A stretch of 64,000 nucleotides of DNA from Mobula hypostoma (lineage: Eukaryota): the NCBI RefSeq assembly GCF_963921235.1, contig NC_086102.1, positions 126,232,001 through 126,296,000 of the forward strand, in the 5' to 3' direction. Below are positions 25,055 to 39,289 of the stretch, piece after piece; the first letter of the stretch is position 1, and each line of letters opens with the position of its first letter. Below the pieces are notes generated by a model. That model ran no database searches and was not told the origin of the DNA. It saw nothing but the letters and a program-made list of their open reading frames with translations. The position numbers and the translations under genes are program-made.

Positions 25055-27950
25055 AGTAGGTTTATTGTCAAAGGACATATATGTTACCATATACTACCTT
25101 CAGATTAATTTTCTTACAGGCATTTACAGGAAACAAGAAACCCAATACAGTTTCATGAAAAGCTATGCATAAACAAAGACTAACAGCCAATGTGCAAAAG
25201 AAGACAAATTATGTAAAAAAAATTGAGAGCAAGGGTTGTAATGAGTTCTTAAAAGTGAGTCTGTAGAACATACAATTGGTCTAGAAGCCTGATGGTAGTA
25301 GGATAATAATTGTTCCTGAACCTGGTGGTGTGGGACCAGGTGTAAAATGAATAAAGCAGGGGGCTAATCACACAACCTTGTGGTGCATTTGTGCTGATGG
25401 AGTTCATGAAGATATTGCCAATCCAAACTGACTGGGGTCTGTAGGTGAGGAAATCGAGGATCCAATTGCACAAGTAGATATTGAGGCTAAGGTCTTGAAA
25501 CTTATTAACTAGTTTTGAGGGGATGATTGTATTGAATGCCGAGCCGTAGTCGATAAAGAACATCCTGATATATGCATCTTTGCTGTCCACATGTTCCAGG
25601 GTTGAGTGAAGAGCCAATGAGATGGCATCTGCTATGGACCTGTTGCTCCAATAGGCAAATTGGAGCGGATTCAAGCCACTTCTCAGGCAGCAATTGGTAT
25701 GTTCCATCACCAACCTCTCAAAATACTTCATCACTGTGGATGTTAGTGCTACTGGATGATGGTCACTGAGGCAGGTTGCCACACTCTTCTTGGGCACTGG
25801 TATAATTAAAGCCTGTTTGAAGAACATGGGTACCTCAGACTACTGAAGTGAAGGTTAAAGATCTCAGTGAACATTCCAGCCAGTTGATCAGTGCAGGTAC
25901 CTGGGCTGGATGCTTTTCATGGGTTCACCCTCCTGAAGGCTGCTTGCATATCGGCCTCAAAGACGGGAATTGCTGGATCATTGGTGGCTGTGGGAGTTTG
26001 TGATAGTTCCTCCATATTTTGATGGCCATAGGGATCATTGAAGCCATTGAGCTGATCTGGAAGTGAAGCCCTGCTGTGGCCTATGTTGTTTGATTTTTTT
26101 TTAAGATTATGAAGACATGTAGTCCCCTTTTATTGTCATTTATTAATGCATGCATTAAGAAATGATACATTATTTCCTCCGGTGTGATATCACAAAACAC
26201 AGGACAAACCAAGACTGAAAAAACTGACAAAACCACATAATTATACATATAGTTACAAAACAGTGTAACAATACCATAACTTGATGAAGAAAGTCCGTGA
26301 GCACAGTAAAGTTCAAAGTTTCTCAAATGTCCCACATTTCACACAGATGGGAGAAGGAAGAAAAACTCTCCCTGCCATGCCGACCACAATCCGACTCTGA
26401 GTTATCCGAAAACTTGGAGCTCTGATCAGCTCTCCGACACCGAGTACTGAGCAGCATCTCTGCCAAACGATTCGACCTCCTTCTCGTCGCCAAAAGCAGG
26501 CAAGGCTGGGGATTTTGAGGCCTACCCTCAGAAAGATTCCCGACCACACAGTAACGACAGCAGCGGACGGGCGTTTCAGAAATTTCTCCAGATGTTCCTC
26601 TGTGCTTTCACGTCCATTCGCCATCAAATTAGAATTGTCCACGGCCCCTATTTAACAGTTAGGACATTATTTTTCACCGGAGAGCTGCGCACGCGCGGCA
26701 CGCTGCCATCTTCTCCTCCCGCCAAGACTTTAACTTTATAAATAGTGATAGTACTTAAGCCCTGCCACAGCTATTGAGCATCCTTCTTTGATTTGACTTT
26801 AGTACGGAATTGCTACTTTGCTGGTGAAATAGCTTTCCGGAGATCATACCTGGACCTCTTATAACTTTTTTGGTTACCAGACTTGAATACCTCAGATCTG
26901 GCCCTCAGCAGATTGCAGATCTGATGGTTCATCCATGGCTTCTGGTTGGGCAAGACTGAAAGATTTTGTGGGGACACACTCATCTACAAACGTTTGTACA
27001 ACCAGTTTAATAAAGTCAGTGACAACCTTGGTGCATGCATTGAGATCTGTGGATGACTCTTCGAACACGGCCTAGTGCACTGATTCAAAACAATCCTGTG
27101 GCCACTCCTCTGCCTCCCATGACCACCACTTTGTTGTCCAGGTCTTCGCAGCTACGTTCTTTAGATTCTGCCTTCATGCAGGTTGAAGAAGGACAGCCAA
27201 GTGATCAGATTCACCAAAATGCGGTCTGGGCATGGAACTACAGGCATTCCTTATCTTAGTATAATAGTGGTTTAGTATGTTGAAGCCCCTGATACTACAG
27301 ATTGTATGCTGGTGGTAATTGGGCAGGGTTTTTTTCCCAAACATGCCTGGTTGCAGTCCCCAACTATGATTTGAAATATGTCAGGGTGGACTGTTTCTTG
27401 TTTGGAGATAGCATCATGTGGTATCTCAAGCGTTTGATTATCATCAGCCACTGATAGTATGTAAACTGCGGTCAGGATTATGGGGAAGAATCCCCAGTAG
27501 GTAAATAGAATGGATGGCTTTTGACCATTAGGTGTTCAAGTTCGGGGGAATACGAGTTTGACAAAGCCACCACATCGGAGCACCACCAAAGAGTTTATCA
27601 TGAAACACACAACTCCACCTTTTGCCATTTCCAAATCAGCAGTTTGGTCCATTCTGTGAATCGAGAAGACTTTGGGTCTGTTCACTCTATCTGGCGTGCT
27701 GAGAGTAAGCCACATCTCATTAAAACATAAAACACAACAATCTCATTTCCCTCTGATACAGCAATCTTGCCCTCAAATCCTCAATTTTGTTTTCCATTGA
27801 CAGCACATTTGCTAACAAGATACTGGGTAGATGGGGTTTCATCCCTCTGTGATTCAGCCTGGCTTGTAGCCCCTCCCCCTGCTTCACTTCCTGCCATAGT
27901 GATGAGCCTTTGTCCACTTAGAGATGCCATACTTGCTTGCTTAAGAGTTA
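25055..27950 (-). mobile_element. Rex1/Babar LINE, degenerate with internal deletions
   Basis: ORF 25249-25827 RT ([28 protein letters not shown]); endonuclease start PHLPSILLANV near 27800; second tandem 3' copy at about 27990-28712. Confidence 0.85.
26101..26723 (-). mobile_element. Non-autonomous retroposon with GC-rich 5' head and LINE-type tail
   Basis: 5' end GGCGGGAGGAGAAGATGGCAG; 3' end ..atgacaataaaaggggac..ataatc; related 5'-truncated copy at about 43895-44490. Confidence 0.65.
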
Positions 27951-30461
27951 AGTCCGCCAGGTCCTTCATAAGATCATGAAATGGGTAAATAAAGTAAATG
28001 AAACAGATGAACAAACAGCCAATGTGTAAAAGAAGACAAACTACGCAAGAACAAATAAAGACAAATAAAAAATAATTAATCTGGGGACATGAATTGTAAT
28101 ACCTTGAAAGTGAGTCCATAGGTTTGAAATAATTTCATTGCTGAGGTGAGTGAAGCTATCCACACTTGTTCTGGAACCTGATGGTTGAAATGTTTTTAAA
28201 TTTGGTGGTGTGAGGCTCCTGTACCTCTTTCCCTATGACGGCAGTGAGAAGACAATATGGTCTGGATGGTGGGGGTACTTGGTGATGGATGCTACTTTCT
28301 TGTGGCAGCACTCTTTGTAGATGTGCTCACACTTTTCCTGTGATAAACTGGGCTGTATCCACCGCTTTCTATAGACATTTCTATTCCTGGCCATTGATGT
28401 TCCTGTATCAGGCTTATGATGCTCTCCACTGTAGATCCATGGACATTTGTCAACATTTTAGATGACTAGCTGTATCTGTGCAGACTTCTAAGAAAGTAGA
28501 GGTGCTACATTACCTCCTTTGTAAAGACACTTGCGTGCTGGGCCTATCACAGAACCTCTGAAATGATAATGCAAGGAGCCAAGGAATTTAAAGTTGCTGA
28601 TCCTCCCTATCTCCAATCCCACGATGAGAACCAGCTTATGTACATCTTACTTCTTCCTTATGAGGTCAATAATTAGCTCTTTGGTTTTGCTGATGTTGAG
28701 TGAAAGATTGTTGTTGCAGAAGTTGCAAAATGCAGAGCAAGAGGAAAGCCCAGCAGAGAAGAAACAAAGAGGAAAATAAGCAGATCTATAACATTATAGT
28801 TTGATTACAGATAAACTGAGGAATCAAGTTGGAAGTGCGGGGAAGTGTATGTGCTGTAAACTGGAGCAAAAAATAACTGTTTGAAGAACTCTGCAAGTTA
28901 AGTATCATCCAGGAAGGTACAGGAATAATCAGTGTTTTGCATCAAGAGCTTGATTCAGGGCTTGCTGAGGATGCCCCTGCTCAGAGGTGAGCAAGTTTCT
29001 CATCTTCCATGATCCAGTGGAGAGCAAAGAAAAAATGTGGACCGTACATATTTGAGAAAGATAGGTTTGGAACTCAGATGGAGACAGGGACAGAAGGTAC
29101 CGAAGCATGGCAGAGATGTTGGAGCATAGGATATGGAAGGAAACCTGTTGTAGAGAAATGGTAAATTGGTTGCATATACTTAAGATCCTGGAGATCTTGA
29201 GAGGTGATGACGGCAGAGCCTAGTGCTGGGAAGGACTCGTGACTGTGCTAGCAAGAAGCTAAATCAGCTGTAGAAACCACACAAGAGGATCAGTGACAGA
29301 GGGACTTGCAGAACTCCTATCAAAGGAAGAAAAACTTCTTCAAAGTGGGTATAGCCTGAAGAGACTTCACAATGAAGAGGTAAAATGAAAAAGACACAAG
29401 AAACTGTAGAGGCTGTAATCTAGAACCAAAATGGCCTGCTGATGGAACTGAGCAGGTCAAGCAACATCTATTGTGGCAAAGAGATGGCCATGTTTCAGTT
29501 TGAACCCCGAGCCAATCCTGATGCAGGGTGTCAACTTGAAACATTGGCCATGAATGGCAACCATCTCTTTGTTTACAACAAATCAAGTTATCTGAAGTTG
29601 TATTATTCAATATTGAGCCCAGAAGGCAGAAACAGGCCCAGGCAGAAAGATGTGTTGTTCCTCAGGCTCATGTTAGCCCTCACTATCACAATACAGGAGG
29701 CTACAGACCAATAGGTCAGAGTTGGATGGGTAATTAAAGTGGCAGGCAGCACAGGTCCACCCCACTGACTGAATGCAGATGTTCCATAAAATAATCACCC
29801 AGTCTCAGTTTGGTTTCTCCAGTGCAGAGACCACATTGAGAACACTGAATGTAGTACGCAAGATTGGAAGAAGCACAACTGAATTAGTGCCTCACCTGGA
29901 AATTTTATGTGGGTCCATGGACAGTGGGAAGGGAAGAGGTGGAATCACTTGTAATTGCAAGGGAAAGTGCTGTCAGAAAGGAGGTGGTTGATGAAATCCA
30001 TTTTAAATAGCATGGTACTTCTAAAAGGCTTGGTGGGAATTTATATCTCTGGCCTTCACCTCGAGGCATATTGTACATGTACCTAACAACATGTTCTGTC
30101 TTCATAAGCAACCCTATTTCACAGAATTGAAAATAACTATGCTGCATCACTTTGTCAGTAATTTATAGTTTGAATAACGCCATCTGTTTGTTGAACTATT
30201 TACAACAGCGCCAGCATTGGAGAACAAACACAGCTTTGGGTGTAATATTTATAATACTCAACACTACTGAAATGACCAATTTGACTAAAGTAGTACATAG
30301 CTTATACACCATATGAACCGCCTTCCAGTATACTGTATTTGAGCGCATCACTAATATTCTATTGGCTTCCCTTTATGCAAGTGAAGAATATATATGAAAT
30401 ACTATTGCCATTCACACTTGAAATGTGAATGCTTTCTCCTAAGATAACGCCAATAAGTAGT

Positions 30462-30516
30462 AACTCACATCAAAGTTGCTTGAATTTCCAGCATCTGCAG
30501 AATTTCTGTTGTTTGC
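30462..30516 (+). mobile_element. Micro Penelope pLTR insertion with inverted 5' piece
   Basis: pLTR tail gttgcttgaatttccagcatctgcag..gtttgc; TSD caataagtagt (30451-30461 / 30517-30527). Confidence 0.8.
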
Positions 30517-30699
30517 CAATAAGTAGTGATGCGTTGTGTGCAGATCCAATGGGAATCAACAAATATTCTCGTTTAGGACTACTGCAGCTGAAATCCAGTC
30601 ACAGTAAGCAGCATTGCTTTAAGATATTTTAAAAATCTATCGATACTCATAATCAATGAATTCCAGACTGCAGACTCGGGTTGCGAATGCATTTCCCCT

Positions 30700-33362
30700 T
30701 TAAGAAAACAAAAGTGCAGAAGCCCAGCCAGCTATAGGTAGGATTGAAACACCAAGGCCTTAGACCCCCACTCCCGACTATCCTGCTGGCGAGTGTACAG
30801 TCCCTGGAAAATAAAACTGAAGACCCAAAGCAAGATTGCTGTATCAGAGGGATATCGGTGACTACTATGTAATTAGCTTCATGGAAAAGCTATCCCTTAC
30901 CATTTTGGATGCAGTGCTGTAGACTGATATGTTCACAATTTTCTGCATAGACAGGACAATTCAGTCTTTTAAAGGTCGAGGAGGTGGAATATGCTTTATG
31001 ATGAGTATTGTGGTGCACAGATGTGGCGGTTCTGTCGCAGTCCTGCTCACCTGAGTACTCAAATGTCATCCATTTTATATGCTGGGTGAGTTTTCTGCCA
31101 TCATCTAGATGGCTGTCTACATTCCTCAGGCCAATGCCACTAGAGTAGCTGAGCATCGTAATCAGCAGGCACAAAACAGCGCACCCAGATGCCTTCCCTA
31201 TCATTGTGGGGATTTCAACCAGGCCAGCTTGAAGAAGCTTCTGAACAATTACCAGCAGCACGTCAACTGTGGAACCAGATGAGCCAATAAAATTGACCAC
31301 TGTTAAACCACCATCAAGAGCACTTATGCCCACACCTTGGAAAGTCACCTATACTTGTACTCCCAATGTATAGGAGAGACTAAAGACCGCAGCACCAGTG
31401 GTGAGAACCAAAAAGGTATGGTCGGTGGGGGAAGGTGGGGTGGGAGTGTTGGAGGAGTGCTTACAGGGCAGCTTTGAATTGGTGGACTGAACAATATTCA
31501 GGGATTCATCTTTGAATCTGAATGGATACGCCACAGTTGTCACCAACTTCATCCAGACCTATGTGGGTGAGTGTGTGCTTTTGAGAATCTACCGAAGATT
31601 CCAAAACTAGAAACCATGGATGAGCCAAAAGATTCATAGTCCGCTGAGGACCAGATCTATGGCATTCAAGACCAGTGTTGCAAGGCTATACAACAAGGCC
31701 AGGTAAGATCTTTGGAAGACTGTTCTAACAGCGAAAAAACAATTCCAATTAAAATTAGACACATAATCTGATACATGTCAGCTCCAGCAGGGTTTGCAGG
31801 TCATTACTTCCTACAAGGCGAACCTAACATCAGGAATGGTTGTGATGTTTTACTCCCAGATTAGTGCAATCCTTTATGCATGCTTTGAAATGGAGAATAA
31901 ACTACACCTGTGTAAATCTCTGCAGCATCCAGTGACCACGTGATCTTTGTTTCGAAGGCCGACATCAGAACATCTTTCAAGAGGATGAGCCTTCTTAAGG
32001 CATTAGATAGGGCTCTGAAAATATGGGCCAACCAACTGGCTGGAACATTCAAGGACATCTTCAATCTCTCACTGCTACAGAGGTTCCCACCTGCTTCAAA
32101 AGTGCGACAATCATATCAGTGTCCAAGAAGAGCAGAGTGAGCTGCCTCAACAGCAATTGCCCAGTGGTATCTACTGTGATTAAGTACTTTGAGAAGCTCG
32201 TCATGGCTAGAATCAAATCCTGCCTTAGCAAGGACCTGTCCTGCTGCAATTTGCCTATCACCACAATAGGTCTACGACAGATGCAATCTCACTGGCATTT
32301 CACTCGGCCTTGGATCACCTGGACAATGGCAATTGCTATGTCAGGCTGCTGTTTATTGAATATACCTCGGTGTTCAACATAATATGCCTTCATTTTTAAT
32401 CATTAAGCTCAAAAACCTGGGCTCTACACCTCCTTTGGTGTTCCTGTCCATGCAGATTGGAAATAACATCTCATTGCTGACAGTCAACACTGGCACATGA
32501 CTCTGTGGCTAGGCACAGGTCAAACACCACCTATAAAGCTGCAGATGACACAATTATTGTTGACAGAATTTCAGATGGTTAAGAAGAGGCATACAAGAGC
32601 ATAATAGATCAGCTCGTCGTGTGGCATCACAACAACCTTGCACTCTGCATCAGACTAAGTTTGTGGTCTTCAGGAAGAGGAAGTTGAGGGAACACACACC
32701 AGTCCTCATTGAGGGATCAGCAGTGGAAAGGGTGAACAGTTTCAAGTTCTTGGGTGTCAACATCTCTGAAGATCTATCCTGGGCCCAACATATTGATGCA
32801 ATTACAAAGAAGGCATGACAGTGGCTATATTTCATTAGGAATTTGAGGAAAGTTTATGTATCACCAAAGACACTCGCAAATTGCTACAGATGTACCATGG
32901 AGAGCATTCTAACTGGTTGCAACGCCGTCTGGTATGGAGGGACCACTGCACAGAATTGGAAAGAGTTGCAGGAAGTTGTAAACTCAGCCAGCTCCAACAT
33001 GGGCACCAGCCTCCCCAGCGTCGAGGATACCTTCAAAAGGTAATGCTTCAAGAAGGTGGCATCCATCATTAAGGATCCCTATCACCCAGGGCATGTCCTC
33101 TTCTCATTGCTCACATCAAGGAGGAAGTACAGGAGCCTGAAGGCACACACTCAACATTTCAGGAACAGCTTCTTTTCTCCCACCCCACCGTCAGATTTTT
33201 GAATGGACAATGAATCCATAACCACCACCTCACCATTTTCCCTCTCTTTTTGCACAGCTTATTTGTTAAACATATTTATTATATATTGCAAAGCACTGCT
33301 GCCACAAACAACTAATTTTCCAACATTGCCTGTGATATTAAACCTGATTCTGATTCTGATTC
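30700..33362 (+). mobile_element. Rex1/Babar LINE, near full length, degenerate
   Basis: RPPLPTILLAxVQSLENK endonuclease start, RT remnants, FKFLGVNISEDLSW, (ATTCTG)n tail. Confidence 0.87.
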
Positions 33363-33874
33363 TTTTAAAAAAATCATTTTGTCTTTAATACTCCAGAATT
33401 TTATAAAATGTGTCATGAGAAAGGAGTTACGGTTATGAATAGAGGAATGCAGTGGGAAATCATTGAATGTGACAGGGTTGAGCAAGGGGCAGTTTGAAGA
33501 CGGAAAGCTATTGTAGAGGTGGAATACTGTTTGTTCCAGCTGGAACACCTTTCTTTCATTTCAGTTCCAGAAAATGTTGCATTAGAACTGGCCCCCTTCC
33601 AATTGGCACACTCTTACTTTATCCATTTTTCTTCTGCCTCTTCTAGTTGCCCTGTTATCGAAAACATTGCCTAACCTAATTCATTAGCACAATGCAAGTA
33701 CTGAGGTGTAAGCATTAATCCTTGTAGCACTCAATCAGTTTCTCCTGACCGTCCAAAAGTGACCTAATTATTGTGTTTCTTTTCATTGCCTAAACTCCAA
33801 TACCATGAACTCAAAATCACATATATAATGCTGCCGCTGCAGGAAATCGGAAATAATGTTTAAATGATGTAGAT

Positions 33875-34722
33875 ATACTTTATACTTTATTGTCGCCAAA
33901 CAATTGATACTAGAACGTATAATCATCACAGCGATATTTGATTCTGCACTTCCTGCTCCCTGGATTACAAAAGTAAATATTAAAAATTTAAATTATAAAT
34001 CATAAATAGAAAATAGAAAATGGGAAGTAAGGTAGTGCAAAAAAACCGAGAGGCAGGTCCAGATATTTGGAGGGTACGGCCCAGATCCGGGTCAGGATCC
34101 GTTCAGCAGTCTTTTCACAGTTGGAAAGAAGCTGTTCCCAAATCTGGCCGTTTGAGTCTTCAAGCTCCTGAGCCTCCTCCCAGAGGGAAGAGGGACGAAA
34201 AGTGTGTTGGCTGGGTGGGTCGTGTCCTTGATTATCCTGGCAGCACTGCTCGGACAGTGTGCGGTGTAAAGTGAATCCATGGACGGAAGATTGGTTTGTG
34301 TGATGTGCTGCGCCGTGTTCATGATCTTCTGCAGCTCCTTTTGGTCTTGGACAGGACAACTTCCATACCAAGTTGTGATGCACCCTAGAAGAATGCTTTC
34401 TACGGTGCATCTATAAAAATTAGTGAGGGTTTTAGCGGACAGTCCAAATTTCTTTAGTTTTCTCAGAAGTAAAGGCGCTGTTGGGCCTTCTTGGCAGTGA
34501 ACTCTGCTTGGTTGGACCAAGTCAGGTCATTTGTGATATTGACCCCAAGGAACTTAAAGCTTTTGACCTGTTCCACTTGCGCACCACCGATGTAAGTTGG
34601 GTTGTGCGGTGCGCTACTCCTTTTTGAAGTCAATAACCAATTCCTTCGTCTTGTTGATGTTGAGGGATAGGTTATTGTCTTCGCACCATGCCACCAAGTT
34701 CTTAATTTCCTCTCTGTACTCA
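33875..34722 (-). mobile_element. Rex1/Babar LINE 3' fragment
   Basis: ORFs 34463-34726 and 34092-34520 (FKFLGVNITNDLTW, KAQQRLYF, FYRCTVESIL); (ATACTTT)n tail complement. Confidence 0.9.
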
Positions 34723-35531
34723 ACATGTTATTCTCAACATGTTAGGTAGTTTTTGTAAATAGAGACTCGCATTTGGATTGCTTTTCATCGGACCCCTAAT
34801 GCCCTTAATTTTGTGCACTATCCTCTATTTCAACCCTCATCATTTGCCACCAGAAAATTCACATTTAGTGTTGACTTGTGTCCTTCACTTTTGAAAGCAA
34901 TTACTTTTTTTTGTTTCAATCTGTCTCGATCATTAAAGTGAAGAATGTGGTGTACTTAATCCAGAGCTGGACCTAGCTCCTTTGTTTTCTTACATTGTTC
35001 TCCTTAGAAATTAATTATTCTTGGTGTGTTAATTTAGCCTCCTGTTTGATAATGATATTCTTGGCTGCCAATTTAACAGAGGGAGGTGAGGGTCAGGGTG
35101 AAAGGAAATTAGAGATTAGTAGGAAAGAGGCAGAACTTGCAAAAAATATGGGAAGTGTATTGAAGGTGGATGTTGTAGCATGGAGGGATTTGTACACAAT
35201 TTTCTATTATGTTTTTCAATGTTTTTAATCATTCAGATTTTAAGGTAAGGCCTTTCCATTTTAGAATTCAAAGTTTTGGCACTCTTATGCAATTAAAGCT
35301 GCAGTTAGTAACTTGTATTTTGTTAAAATGCTGGAACAACTACCTCCTTCAGTATACACAGGCATGTTGGATGAACGTCATTGGTCAAACTGAGTTTTTA
35401 AAAACTTGTATGTGTGGTCTGAAGTTTATAGTTTGTGTTGATCTTTTATTACTAGACTATTTGTCTTGTAGCTAAATTGTAAACTGAAAGTAAACAAGGT
35501 TTGGAAAAACAATTGATTCTTTTTATTTCAG

Positions 35532-35632
35532 ATTTCCACTATACCAGAAAGTGAGGACTCCCAGGAATCTGTGGATAGCATGACGGACTCACAAAAACGT
35601 AGAGAAATTCTGTCAAGACGGCCTTCGTATAG
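35532..35632 (+). CDS. CREB1: CREB1-like exon, KID first half (ISTIPESEDSQESVDSMTDSQKRREILSRRPSYR)
   Basis: atttcag|ATTTCC ... TATAG|gtaaca; 101 nt; RRPSY PKA site with Ser133-equivalent codon TCG at 35625-35627; too short for the ORF track. Confidence 0.97.
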
Positions 35633-37090
35633 GTAACAGAACTACACAGTTGTACTTTGTGGCTGATTTGATTTAAGATTGAGCCATGGCCTCATGATAT
35701 TATCCTCTATGGTGATTTGTTTTATTTTATGCATAGGATTTACTTGCTGTCAGATAAACACTATCCACTTTTTTCCTCCTATTTTAAAAATGCATCTAAA
35801 CAGGCTAAAGGAAAAGTAGGTTTCCTGTTGGCGTATGCTAGTGTCTAAAATTACTGAACCTGGCAAATGCTGTTGGAAGTGCATTCCAAGCCTGATCTCA
35901 ACCAGAGCAGGGGATATTGCTGAATAATTGATCTAGTGAGTTGTCTGAAAGATGTATACCATCTGTAGATCATGATTTTCTATCTCATAACATCTGAATG
36001 TGGACATTTGGTAATGATACTGTACTTTCTTCTCACCTTTTATACTGGCTGCACGCATTCCAATATGTAAACTATATGTTTCAGTTAAATTGGAAGAAGG
36101 ACGTACAGATGTAGTCGCTAGTGCCATAGAATGTATTGTGCAACATGTTACATAGTAGCCAGCTGTATAAATTATTTATCTTTGTGAGTCATATCGGCCA
36201 TCAGTAAAAGTCAGGAGCTTTCCCAGTTATATGTAACAGTCTGTGTGGAAGTTAATCATTGGAGACTCTGCTCATGCCTTTTATATTCTGTCTCAAAATT
36301 GCTTTGAAGTTTTTACATGACATTTGGCAGTTCATGGAATGTATTATTCATAATCTGCTAATGGAGAACTTAAAATGTCAATGTGCTTGGACGATATGAT
36401 TTATGAAAGGGAGATTGTGTTTGAGCAAATTGCTAGAGATTTTCTTTGAGATTGTAACTAGCAGAATAAACAAGGGTGAATAAATTGATAAGCAATGCAT
36501 GAACTTTCAAGGAGCATTTCATAAGGCTGCCATGTTCAGTTTACACATTTTGGTCACATGGACTGAAGATGATTTAATGCATAAAAACAATGATAGAAAT
36601 AGTTGGGTCATTTTTAGGATGGCAGGCTGTAGATAGGATCTGCATAGATTAGTGCCTGATGGGACTGAACTATCCAAGATGAGTAATGAATAATATTTTC
36701 ACTCAGAGGGTGATGCAAATGTGGAACGAACTGACAGTGGAAGTGGTGGGTGCAGGTTCAATTGCAACAGTGAAGAGAAGTTTGAATAGGTAAATGGATG
36801 AGAGGGGAATGGAGGACTATGAAACAGGTGGGGGTAGATGGGACTAGGCAAAAAACCAGGTTGGCATAGACTAGGTGGGCTGAAGAACCTGTGCTCAGTT
36901 TACATTTACACTGGAAAGTTATATGGGAAAGTGAGCTATGTGGAGGATTTGGAGGGATTGTAACAGACTAGAGATAGGTTAAACAAATGGACAAGAATGT
37001 GAGAGATAAAATATAATATGGAGGAATGTGAAATTATCACTTTGGAAAAATAGAAAATATGTTTTTTTTATGTAAGGTCAGATACAGGAA

Positions 37091-39289
37091 ACCTGGCAAG
37101 CAACCAATTTCCCCCGGGATCAATAAAGTATTACTATGACTATCTTCCCAGTAGTGAACAGCAGGGTAACACCTCTGTAGTTTGAGCAATCCGATTCCTT
37201 CCCTTTGTTCACGTACAGGGAGACAGTTACGATGTCAAGTTGGTCATTGGCACCGAACCTTTCTCCCAACAGAGTATGAACAGATTTGTGAGTTTGCTCA
37301 GGAGAATGTCTCCGCCCATTTTGTACACTTCTGCTAGGATCCCATCAATCCCTGGAGCTTTATGGTATTTCAGCCTGGAAATAGTGGTTTTGACCTCCTC
37401 CAGAGTTGGCAGGCCATCAAACTTAAGCCTAACCTCATGCTGGGGGACCATTTCAATGGATTTTTCTTGTACGTGATGACTATCCCCAAAAAGGCTCTCA
37501 TAGTGCTCTGTCCATCACTTCCTAATAGCTTCCTTGTCTTCTGCAGGCTGGAGCCGGCAGATGAGTGTAGAGGGGCTTGACTCTGTCAAGTCGGGCCATG
37601 CACTACATGCAGCAATTCGTAGAAGGCTCAAGTGTTGCAGATGTCTATGTAGTACTGGTTCATTCTGCTAGGGCAGTCCACCAATCTGTCTCAGTTTGGC
37701 TTGGAGGGTGCTGCATGCATTTCTGTATTCTGCTTTGGCTGCTTGGTCATCGGGTCTAGACAGCACCACTTGATGGGAGAAGCATTTCTCCTGGAGCAGG
37801 TTCCAGATTTTAACGTTGTTTTCATCAAACCAGAATTCATCAATTCTCGCCAGAATTCTCTTGGACAGAATCATCCCTACCATTACCAAAGGCAACCTCA
37901 CAAAGAGTCAATGTGGATTCAGAGTGAACAGGGGCACATTTGACATGATCTTCATCCTGCACCAGATACAAGAGAAGTGTTATGAACAGAACATGGGACT
38001 GTATGTGGCATTCATTGACCTGACCAAGGCTTTTGATACAGCCAGCCATGATGGTCTCTGTTAGATTCTGTCCAAGTTTGGCTATCTCCCAAAATTCCTC
38101 ATGATCCTGCAGCAGCTCCATGAAAGCAAAAGCATTCGGGTTAAACACAACTGCATCCTATCTGACCCGTTCCCCATCAGTACAGGTGTGAAACAAGGCT
38201 GTTTTTTGGTACCAACGCTATTAGCCGTCTTTTTCAGCATGATGCTGCAGGAAATGAAAGAGACCACCTCAGAGAACATCTGCATTCAGTTCCACACCGA
38301 TAGAAGTATCTTCAACCTCTGAAAATCAAGCAACAGCCCATTCTCAAGCTACTGTATGTTGACATCTGTGCACTTCTCACGCACACAGACGATGTGCTAC
38401 AGGCTGCAGTCACTCATTTCACCAAGGCTGTGAGGGCTTTCGGGTTAATGGTCAGTCTGAAGAAAACTGTGATCTCCATCAGAAGCCCCCTCGTGGCATT
38501 TACAGCCCACCTTGGATCACCATTGACAACCACCCTCTCACTATGGTTGAGCAGTTGACTTACCTGGGCAGTGTCTTCTCCAACGATACTACGGTAGCAA
38601 AGGATGTTGACAATTGACTCACCAGAGCTAGCAGTGTCTTTGGGTGCCTTCAGAAACGTGTGTGGAAGAAACGCCAGCTGTGTCTGATGTGTACAGTGCT
38701 GCCGTCATCACAATGCTGCTATACGGACCGAAGCCTGGATCTTGTACCACAAGCAAATCTGATTGCTCACTATTCCACTAGTGCTGCCTCCACTCCATCA
38801 TGGGTATCAGCTGGCAGGATTGTGCCTCCAACAACGAGGTCCTGGAGAAGGCTCAACTTCCAAGCACTGAAGCCACTTTGCTGCTCAGGCAGCTCCGCAG
38901 GTCAGTCCACGTGTCTTGCATGGACCACTCCAGTTTACCGAAGGCTGTACTCTATGGAGAACTCTCTCAGGGCAAGAGAGATTGTGGTGCCCCACGCAAG
39001 AGGTAGAAAGACCAACTTAAGCAGCAGCTCTCTCAGGAAAATATTGGGGTCAATGAGTGGTAGCAGGCAGCTTGTAACAGAGACTGCTAGAGAATGCTGA
39101 TCCATGGAGCAGCCAAGAATTTTGAGGAATCCAGAAGAGTGATTGCTGAAAAGAAGAGGAGACACAGGAAAGATCCCAAGCACCTACATCCCAGCTGCTC
39201 CCATGTCCCTACTGCTTCGGAGTCACCTACAATTGTGCCATCGCTCACAGGACTTCTCTTCTTTGCAAACGAAGAACCAGCCATCGTCA
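37091..39289 (+). mobile_element. RTE-clade LINE with inverted 5' segment
   Basis: + strand from 37843 ILARILLDRI..SQCGFR..FIDLTKAFD..GVKQGC; - strand 37143-37835 WFDENN..KAPGIDGI..NYRGVTLL; 13-bp TSD with one mismatch (37078-37090 / 39290-39302). Confidence 0.88.

Noticed and set aside
26480-26492. CTCGTCGCCA resembling a tRNA-Ser 3' end or reverse PBS
   Set aside because: Only 10 nt, absent from the related copy at 43895, no adjacent LTR.
19596-35531. CREB1 alpha-peptide cassette exon (SSCKDLKRLFSGTQ-like)
   Set aside because: No matching 42-nt AG..GT exon found by eye; absence is not proven.
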